Origin: a virus
Taxonomy: Duplodnaviria; Caudoviricetes
IMG/VR virus record: IMGVR_UViG_3300033518_000064
Span: 1 to 31,186 of that record
Direction: 5' to 3' (one strand)
Length of the DNA stretch: 31,186 nucleotides
The notes below the pieces were generated by a model. It was not told where the DNA came from, ran no database searches, and was given only the letters and a program-made list of their open reading frames with translations. Within the stretch, counting starts at the first letter, position 1; each line of letters opens with the position of its first letter. Below, piece after piece: positions 25,159 to 31,186 of the stretch. A program made the translations under genes and the position numbers.

Positions 25159-27579
25159 TTAATAATTGTCGCCATGGAGGTCGAGGATGCTGTGGATCAT
25201 GTAGTCGTCGAAGCTCATCTTGGTGCCCGTGTCGTTGTAGTACTTGTTCACGTGCTGCGTGGCCTCCGCGGGGTCGAGGTTGAAGTGCGTGGCTACGTCG
25301 TGCACGGAACCCTGGCCAGTCATGGGGATCTTGTAGCCGGGCTTGGTCATCTCCTTGATCTGCGCCATGGTGGGACCTGCGCCAGCGGGCTGCTTGTAGG
25401 CGACAGGGCCGGGAGCCTGGGGGATCTTCTTCTTGGGCTCGATGATGTTGGGCGACTTGGCAGGCTGCGGGGGGAAGAAGTGCTTCTTCAGGGCGTCCTC
25501 GAGCATGACGTCGGTGTCTCCCATCCAGTGCGCCATGATCTTGTCGGCGTCGGCCTGGGAGATGTTGTAGGTCTTCTCGATGTAGTCCTGGATACTGCCG
25601 CCCTTGACCTGGTTAAGGATCTGGTTATTCGTGGCGTTCGAGATCTCGTCGAGCTGCGCTGAGGTGGGGCCCTTGTACGTGGGAGCCTTATCCCCGGAGA
25701 AGAAATGGTCCTTGAGCGCCTTCTCGAAGGTCAGGTCGAGGTTGTTGAGCCACTTGTCGACGAGCGAGTCGGCGTCCTTCTGGGACATGTTGAAGCCGTC
25801 TGGGTTCATGAGGTCGCCCGCGAGTCCGCCGTTACCCTTGCCGTACTTCGGCACATCGAAGTCATTGTTAGCGTTCTTGAGAATCTCCAGCACGTACGGA
25901 TTGGGCTGGTTGGCGGGGGCAGCAGGGAGCTTGGGCGGCATCGTGAGGTCGATGGTCCCGGCGTCCGGCGCTTCGCCGATCTTGGGCACCTTGGACCAGC
26001 CTTTTTTGGCCGGAGCAAAGGACTGCGGGGCCCCGAGCGTCATATTGTCCCCGAGAGCCATGGCCGGAGCAGGTACGTCGAATCCTTTGCCCCAGGACTG
26101 GATAAGTGACGTAGTTTCGGGGCTCATATCGAGGTCGTCGAAGAGTCCTTCGAGGTTGACTTCGGGGGTAGCCTTGGTCTTGGGCGAGACAACGGGTTTC
26201 ATGTCCGCGAGCGTGGGCACCTTGAGGCTCCCGAGGTCGAAATAGCTCTTTTTTCCGGCATATTTCGGGGAGTGCGCGAACTCGGCGGGGGTCTCCGCGA
26301 GAAAGTCCATGAAACTGGACTCATTATTGAGCGATCTCGGGGGCATCCAGATCCCGCCCTCGGGAGGAGCCACCTTATGAATCATTTTGCCTGCTGTGTC
26401 GCCGCCCGTGAGCCCGTGAGTCGCGGCCAGGTCATCCATATCGGCGCGAGTCGTGAACCTGAACCCGACGTCACGCATGTGGGTCAGTTCCTTGAAGTCG
26501 TGCACACCCTCAGTGGGGAGGTAAACCGCGGTTTTGTCTGCCGAGATGGGGAGGAGCTGCGGCACCTTGAGCTCACTCATCTTGGAGGGCACTCGCCGGG
26601 CCAGTTCTACGAGACCCTGCTCGTCTGGTGTCAGCGGAATGCCAGTGTCGAGCTTGCGCTGGAGGCCTTTCACGCCGTACTTGTCGATTCCGAGGGAAGT
26701 CAGCTGCGTCCGGAGGTCCGACCGGAGCCCCTTGTGCAGCCCCTGTTCCATGTCCTGGAGCAGACCGCCCCCGTGAGCGCTCTCTTCGAAGGCTTTCATG
26801 CTGCGGAAGTTGGGCGAGGCCGCAATCGACAAAGCCTGCCCATCGCCGTGCGGAGGCCACATCTGCATGAGTCGCAGGTCCGGGCTTCCGTGGTCCGCTA
26901 TGGCCGCAGCCTGGGCATTCTGGACCTCCCGGACGTGCTCGGCAGGATCGAAAACCTCGAAGTTGAGCTTGCTGTCCCAGGTCTTGCCCAGGGGGTTCGA
27001 GAAGTACCCGTCTCGGTTGATGTGGGTTGCTCCGGGGTAGTTCGTAGGAGTGATCTTTTGGGCTTCGTCAGCCGAGAAGAGGATCGACGGGGCGTAGGGC
27101 TTGTAGTCATTCCCGCGCTTGTAGGTTACGCCCAGACTGGGAGCCGCGAGTGCCCCCTCGGTCCCGGTGAACTGACCCGCGTGGGAGATACGCTTGGCGC
27201 GCTGATCTGAGATCGCGTGAGTGAGGACGAAGCCGGGGTCTCCCCCAATCCGGATAGCCCCTTTCTGGTTCGAGCCGAGTCGCGGGACCGCAGCGGAGCC
27301 CTTGAGCATCCCCAGACCTGCGGCGAGCGGGGGCACTACGTTGAGTGCCGTGCCGATACCGTAGCCCCACCGAGCGCCCGTCTTGGCATCCTCGTTCTTC
27401 GGGTCCAGAACGGAGTGACCGAGCTCGTCGGGCGCAGTGCCCACAAGACCGTCAACGAACCCCGACAGCATCGGAACTTGGTTATACAGCTCCCCGCCTT
27501 CCGGACCGCGCAGCATAGGCGCTCCCAGGACACTGCGGGGGTTAGGATAGCGGGCAAGTAAGGATGCTGTGGTGTCCAT
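25159..27579 (-). CDS. 806-aa multidomain orphan with a candidate ADP-ribosyltransferase-fold domain and C-terminal repeats
   Basis: Long ORF with GGAG RBS and GC-rich codons; H121/S148/E336 in ART-like contexts; three C-terminal helical repeats. The coding status is secure, the function is speculative. Confidence 0.55.
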   Translation of the reverse strand: MDTTASLLARYPNPRSVLGAPMLRGPEGGELYNQVPMLSGFVDGLVGTAPDELGHSVLDPKNEDAKTGARWGYGIGTALNVVPPLAAGLGMLKGSAAVPRLGSNQKGAIRIGGDPGFVLTHAISDQRAKRISHAGQFTGTEGALAAPSLGVTYKRGNDYKPYAPSILFSADEAQKITPTNYPGATHINRDGYFSNPLGKTWDSKLNFEVFDPAEHVREVQNAQAAAIADHGSPDLRLMQMWPPHGDGQALSIAASPNFRSMKAFEESAHGGGLLQDMEQGLHKGLRSDLRTQLTSLGIDKYGVKGLQRKLDTGIPLTPDEQGLVELARRVPSKMSELKVPQLLPISADKTAVYLPTEGVHDFKELTHMRDVGFRFTTRADMDDLAATHGLTGGDTAGKMIHKVAPPEGGIWMPPRSLNNESSFMDFLAETPAEFAHSPKYAGKKSYFDLGSLKVPTLADMKPVVSPKTKATPEVNLEGLFDDLDMSPETTSLIQSWGKGFDVPAPAMALGDNMTLGAPQSFAPAKKGWSKVPKIGEAPDAGTIDLTMPPKLPAAPANQPNPYVLEILKNANNDFDVPKYGKGNGGLAGDLMNPDGFNMSQKDADSLVDKWLNNLDLTFEKALKDHFFSGDKAPTYKGPTSAQLDEISNATNNQILNQVKGGSIQDYIEKTYNISQADADKIMAHWMGDTDVMLEDALKKHFFPPQPAKSPNIIEPKKKIPQAPGPVAYKQPAGAGPTMAQIKEMTKPGYKIPMTGQGSVHDVATHFNLDPAEATQHVNKYYNDTGTKMSFDDYMIHSILDLHGDNY

Positions 27580-27581
27580 AT

Positions 27582-28058
27582 TTAGTCTCCGAGTACGGGG
27601 GTATCAACTTCAACGACAAGGGGGCGCCCGAACTTAGCTGCCCAATCCTGAGAGGTGGCGGCGGGCCCGGGCAGTTGAACCACGAAAGTGACCCCACCTG
27701 CGACAGCACCCCCGCGAGCGCCATACCCGGCAGCCTTTGTCGAGGCATCGAGGGCGGCGAGGGCGAGCTTGGGATCGTCCGAGGTGGCGAGTTTGCGGTG
27801 CAGGATATCGAGACTGGCGTGGGCAAGCCCGTTGAGGCGCTCCTCGACAGACTGCTTGATAATGGGATCGACGAGTTCACCCTTGCGGACCTCGAGGCGG
27901 GCCTTGAAAGCGTCCGAGCGGCAGATAATGCCAATGCCCTCTGGCGTATATCCGAACGCTCCGGCAATCTCCCTGTAAGTCGCCTGGGGCTGGGTGATAA
28001 CGAAGTCGATGATCGAATCATGAGTGATCCCGATCTTCTGCAATTGGTGTTCTGCCAT
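27582..28058 (-). CDS. Putative terminase small subunit (HTH)
   Basis: ATYREIAGAFGYTPEGIGII HTH, helical middle, C-terminal VTFVVQLP strand; AGGAG RBS; upstream of terL. Confidence 0.6.
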   Translation of the reverse strand: MAEHQLQKIGITHDSIIDFVITQPQATYREIAGAFGYTPEGIGIICRSDAFKARLEVRKGELVDPIIKQSVEERLNGLAHASLDILHRKLATSDDPKLALAALDASTKAAGYGARGGAVAGGVTFVVQLPGPAATSQDWAAKFGRPLVVEVDTPVLGD

Positions 28059-28083
28059 GTGTGCTCCTGTTTCCGATAAGGCG

Positions 28084-28112
28084 ATCATTGCGCGGGCTCG
28101 CGGGGGAGTCAA
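28084..28112 (-). promoter_or_regulatory. Putative sigma70-type promoter for the late operon
   Basis: Minus strand TTGACT-17 nt-AATGAT upstream of the terS RBS; the -10 box is weak. Confidence 0.4.
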
Positions 28113-28141
28113 TCGCGGCGTGGGCAGGGGAGCGGCAGGAG

Positions 28142-28170
28142 GGTGTATTTTATTATTTTTTTAATTGCAC
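28142..28170. promoter_or_regulatory. Dyad site, copy 4 of 5
   Basis: GGTGTATT (28142-28149), 14 nt, ATTGCAC (28164-28170); intergenic, upstream of the terS promoter candidate. Confidence 0.6.
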
Positions 28171-28172
28171 TA

Positions 28173-28571
28173 TTACCAGCGAAGCCCCTTGACTATATGA
28201 TTGACCATTGCCTTCCCTATGCCGAGTCGTGCTGCGCGCTCTACCTGGTTGAGATTTTCGGGGTTTTCTCGAATCCAGTTTACTTGTTCTTGCGTAAGCT
28301 TCGACGCCCTCGTGTTTCGGCAGTTCTCGGCCCTAGTAACCCAGCGACAGTTTTCAGGGGTGTACCCCTTGTTATTGTCGATACGGTCAATCTCGAGGCC
28401 TGGGCGGTACGAGCCCAGCATATCATTGTAAAAGTAGGAAAAGGAGGTTTTCCAAAGCGGGCATATGTCGATTCCCCGAGCCCCATAATCCAAGTAATTA
28501 ACAGCTCGCGGATTATAGCAGCGGGTCATCATGCTCTTATAAACCTGAGCCAGGTGTTGTCGTGTATTCAT
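28173..28571 (-). CDS. HNH-type homing-endonuclease-like protein with C-terminal HTH
   Basis: M..RCYNP...YGARGIDICPLW...IDRIDNNKGYTPENCRW; C-terminal ERAARLGIGKAMVNHIVKG. Confidence 0.8.
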   Translation of the reverse strand: MNTRQHLAQVYKSMMTRCYNPRAVNYLDYGARGIDICPLWKTSFSYFYNDMLGSYRPGLEIDRIDNNKGYTPENCRWVTRAENCRNTRASKLTQEQVNWIRENPENLNQVERAARLGIGKAMVNHIVKGLRW

Positions 28572-28750
28572 CTGGGTAGTGTCGGGGCAGCCACTTGTTT
28601 TGGCAAACGGATTTTGAGTAAACTTTACTTTTTCGTTTTAAGGCGGCTCTTTGCACATACCAGTAAACCACACCCGCGTGATACCCCCACCTGCCGAGAC
28701 ATACCCCCGTCAGTCTGGGAGCGAGGCACGGGGGGGGGAGTGGCGACGAA

Positions 28751-28994
28751 GTGAGTGAGTGCTCACATCGAGCGCGGAGCAGCGGGTCGGCGGTTAGTGG
28801 GCGCTCACTAACATAGAGGTTAGTGGGTACTAACAAGCGCAGCTGAATGTTAGTGGGTGCTCACATCGAGGAATGTTAGTGGTCGCTAACTTGGGATGTT
28901 AGTACGTACTAACCTGCATGTTAGTGGGCGCTCACATCACGAACGAGGGCAATGTTAGTGGGCACTAACGTCAGGGTTAGTGGGCGCCCACATC
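28751..28994. repeat. Array of nine 16-bp quasi-palindromic repeats (GTTAGTGGGYRCTMAC)
   Basis: Copies start at 28751, 28793, 28819, 28849, 28875, 28898, 28920, 28954 and 28976. Confidence 0.9.
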
Positions 28995-29145
28995 GGGCAT
29001 GGCGGGGCGCTGTAGGGTAAACCCTATGCTATCGGCGGGAGCTGCGCGATAGGAATATACAATTGGACGGGAGCAGAAAAATTGACGATACTATGTGTGT
29101 AGGTGGATGACTGGCGTCGTTAGTCCCGCCTACTAGGAGCGCAAC

Positions 29146-29346
29146 ATGATAGTGGTTAATGAACTAGCCCACGCCATCCCGGATAGTTTCGTGATAGTGG
29201 CGGTGACTGATACGGGCATGACTCACACGGCAGCGGCGTGGGAGTGTGACGCGTTGGACGCGGATATAGCGGGAGCGTTGGCGCGTATGATAGCACGGGC
29301 GGGCACGGATAGCTTGACGGTGCATATACTACGTACACGGGCATAG
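29146..29346 (+). CDS. Hypothetical early protein
   Basis: AGGAG RBS and ATG; first gene of the rightward unit. Confidence 0.6.
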   Translation: MIVVNELAHAIPDSFVIVAVTDTGMTHTAAAWECDALDADIAGALARMIARAGTDSLTVHILRTRA

Positions 29347-29356
29347 CGTAACGTGT

Positions 29357-29375
29357 AGCGGCGTGACAGGCCGCT
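29357..29375 (+). promoter_or_regulatory. Hairpin with GTGACAG loop, copy 1
   Basis: AGCGGC-GTGACAG-GCCGCT, intergenic. Confidence 0.55.
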
Positions 29376-29409
29376 TCCCGGTGGGCTATTCCACTATTAG
29401 GAGTTTAAC

Positions 29410-29772
29410 ATGGCAACAGTTAATAAGTCGGATCGCAAGAAACTAATCGCAACCCAAGTCATAGGCGCGCTCGTCGTGTTCCAGCGGGCCGACACGGGCG
29501 AGGAGATCACGCGTGTGGATGTGGACGCCCTCTCGGGTGAGATGCAACTCGCCCTCATGACATATGGCGCGAAACAAATCGTGTCGGACATCGTCGCGGC
29601 GCTCGATGGCATGGATGACAAGGCAGTCGGGATGACCAAAGCCTGCGACTCGCTGCGGGCTGGTGTCTGGCCCCGCCGGGCATCACAGGCGAGCATGGAG
29701 CCGGCAATCGCACATATCATGGCCCACAATGGCTGGAGCCGTGAAAAGGCGCTCGAGATACTCGGATTGTAG
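29410..29772 (+). CDS. Hypothetical early protein
   Basis: AGGAG RBS and ATG; 120 aa. Confidence 0.75.
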   Translation: MATVNKSDRKKLIATQVIGALVVFQRADTGEEITRVDVDALSGEMQLALMTYGAKQIVSDIVAALDGMDDKAVGMTKACDSLRAGVWPRRASQASMEPAIAHIMAHNGWSREKALEILGL

Positions 29773-29810
29773 GCAGCCAGACTAGGGGGTGACAGCCCCT
29801 AGTAGGCTGC
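29773..29810 (+). promoter_or_regulatory. Long hairpin with GTGACAG loop, copy 2
   Basis: GCAGCC-ag-ACTAGGGG-GTGACAG-CCCCTAGT-a-GGCTGC, intergenic. Confidence 0.6.
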
Positions 29811-29840
29811 TTATATTGGCAGTGGCACCCGGAGAACATT

Positions 29841-30059
29841 ATGGATAGAATCACCGAGGCTGCGCCCTATGGCCAGCAGATCAACTTGCGCTGCGTGAAT
29901 CACCCGGACCAAGGCGCGGCTTGGAGCACCAAGAATATCGCGCCGATTGGCTGCCGCAGGATTTTCTTCGACCTGTATGGCACCGCTCAAACGCCTGAAT
30001 GTGACTGCCCCCTGTCAAAGCTAGTCCCCGAACAACACACCGCGCTAACCGGGTCATAA
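29841..30059 (+). CDS. Small Cys/His-containing hypothetical early protein
   Basis: GGAG RBS; CVNHP...GC...ECDCP possible metal site. Confidence 0.65.
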   Translation: MDRITEAAPYGQQINLRCVNHPDQGAAWSTKNIAPIGCRRIFFDLYGTAQTPECDCPLSKLVPEQHTALTGS

Positions 30060-30071
30060 ACCCGGTAGGAT

Positions 30072-30093
30072 GGCCCCATAGCGGGGCCGTTTT
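30072..30093 (+). terminator. Possible intrinsic terminator
   Basis: GGCCCC-ATAGC-GGGGCC followed by GTTTT; preceded by a second hairpin at 30048-30066. Confidence 0.45.
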
Positions 30094-30148
30094 GCGTGGT
30101 CGGTGCGTGGGTATGGCCTGTCGCACATCACGCTACAAACCCCCCGAA

Positions 30149-30426
30149 GTACTATGCACAGTCCTGCACAGTTCACAAACCCGTCACATCCCCGTTACTA
30201 ACACCCTACAAGGCCCCACGTCCCCACTTTTCGCCCACCCCGTCCTTCCCCCCGCTCCCGTCCCCTTGACTCGTTCTCTCACTCTATAAAAAAAAACTGA
30301 CTGAGTATAATACACCATCTGGGCAAAACGGGGGGGTGCACCCGAAAGTACCCACGTGGGGCCTTGTAGGGTGCAAGGAACGGGATTGTAGGGGGCTTGT
30401 GGACTGTGCAACATGGTGCAATGTAC
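30149..30426. repeat. 73-bp imperfect inverted repeat flanking an A/T-rich core
   Basis: Arms 30149-30221 and 30354-30426 align without gaps, 57/73 identical by hand count; the inner 20 bp are perfect. Confidence 0.85.
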
Positions 30427-30485
30427 AACCCCCCTGCAGACCCCTACTGCACCCCTGAGTAACCCCGCAGCAATGCCGGGAGTGG

Positions 30486-30514
30486 TTGACATAGGGGGCG
30501 CGGTGGTCTATAGT
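30486..30514 (+). promoter_or_regulatory. Near-consensus sigma70 promoter
   Basis: TTGACA (30486-30491), 17 nt, TATAGT (30509-30514). Confidence 0.8.
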
Positions 30515-30543
30515 GTGCATTGTACCGGGTCATTCAATGCACC
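30515..30543. promoter_or_regulatory. Dyad site, copy 5 of 5 (operator position)
   Basis: GTGCATT (30515-30521), 14 nt, AATGCACC (30536-30543); abuts the -10 box and covers the expected +1. Confidence 0.7.
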
Positions 30544-30578
30544 ATATCGGCGGCTCCCGCGTACAGAGGCAACCAAGC

Positions 30579-30743
30579 ATGAGAATGCACTTCCCGATAG
30601 TCAAGCGGCGCAACCCGCTGCTGCGCGCTCTGATGTGGCTGGCATGGCCTACAGAGGCAGTTCAGCTTTTCCCCCTGCAAGTCTACGCTGTGCGCGTGGA
30701 GCAGGATTGTGAGACATTCGTATCTGTAACCATTGGAGCATAA
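30579..30743 (+). CDS. Small hypothetical early protein (54 aa)
   Basis: GAGG RBS and ATG 30579; first ORF after the strong promoter. Confidence 0.5.
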   Translation: MRMHFPIVKRRNPLLRALMWLAWPTEAVQLFPLQVYAVRVEQDCETFVSVTIGA

Positions 30744-30744
30744 C

Positions 30745-31170
30745 ATGACACAACCTACAGTTAATCCCGATCGCTGCGACCCCGCACGCTCGGACGAGGC
30801 GTTCTTTGCACGCGACGAGCACGACGAGTTCGGACTCAAGCTCCTGGACCAAGTCGAGGCCGGGCTTATCCGCATGGAGTATTACGGTGACGGGATCATC
30901 CCGCTCATCGTGGACCTGGACTTCACCAAGGAGCAAAAGGAGACTGACGTCGATCCGGGTTATCCCGAGAGTGCCACGGTCGTAAGCGTCTGGCACAAGG
31001 GCGTGGACATATACGCGCTCGTCGCTCCGGGCATCATTGAGGAAATGGAGATCCAGTGCGTGGAGTCAGGATACGGAGGCGACGCTGACGAGGGTGATGA
31101 CTGGGGAGATCGCGAGCGGGATCGCCAGCTCGAGGAAGCCGCTGATCGCGCCGATCGGGAGGCCGAATGA
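30745..31170 (+). CDS. Highly acidic early protein (141 aa)
   Basis: GGAG RBS and ATG 30745; about 38 D/E versus about 13 K/R by hand count; stop overlaps the next ATG at 31167, whose gene is cut by the window edge. Confidence 0.75.
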   Translation: MTQPTVNPDRCDPARSDEAFFARDEHDEFGLKLLDQVEAGLIRMEYYGDGIIPLIVDLDFTKEQKETDVDPGYPESATVVSVWHKGVDIYALVAPGIIEEMEIQCVESGYGGDADEGDDWGDRERDRQLEEAADRADREAE

Positions 31171-31186
31171 GCACAATCGACGCAGA

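Larger units (their letters stand above)
1..31186. mobile_element. Tailed dsDNA phage (podovirus-type) genome segment
   Basis: Contiguous terminase, portal, scaffold, capsid, adaptor, tail hub, ejection proteins, fibre and lysis genes, plus PolA and small early genes. No tape measure, sheath, integrase or host genes. Confidence 0.95.

Noticed and set aside
28797-28808. Resemblance of the repeat core to the symmetric lac operator core GTGAGCGCTCAC
   Set aside because: The AATT flanks are missing and the context is natural; treated as coincidence, not vector contamination.
28751-28994. CRISPR or mini-CRISPR array
   Set aside because: Repeats are only 16 bp and degenerate, spacers are 6-26 nt and irregular, and there are no cas genes.
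30266-30311. TTGACT and TATAAT boxes inside the inverted-repeat core as a promoter
   Set aside because: Spacing is incompatible with sigma70 (13 nt to TATAAA, 34 nt to TATAAT).
30092-30712. ORFs 30092-30289, 30184-30492 and 30413-30712
   Set aside because: No RBS; the shared TLQGPT peptide in the first two simply reflects the DNA inverted repeat.

Overview
Segment of a tailed dsDNA phage genome with podovirus-type (P22/T7-like) morphogenesis genes; no host genes, integrase, tRNA or CRISPR array are visible. Left (+ strand): replication genes, namely a family A DNA polymerase with an N-terminal uracil-DNA-glycosylase-like domain and atypical active-site residues, an HNH-type endonuclease, a DUF3987-like P-loop protein and a small Zn-finger ORF. 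Middle (- strand, about 4460-28570): lysis, tail fibre, ejection proteins, tail hub and adaptor, capsid, scaffold, an accessory Calx-beta / PKD-beta-helix module, portal, TerL, a GIY-YIG nuclease, an 806-aa orphan with a candidate ADP-ribosyltransferase fold, a TerS candidate and a second HNH. Right: a nine-copy 16-bp quasi-palindromic array, then small rightward early genes separated by hairpins with identical GTGACAG loops, a 73-bp inverted repeat around an A/T-rich core and a near-consensus sigma70 promoter. A dyad GTGYAWT-N14-AWTRCAC recurs five times with identical spacing, mostly at regulatory positions. All family assignments come from motifs recognised by eye; no searches were run.
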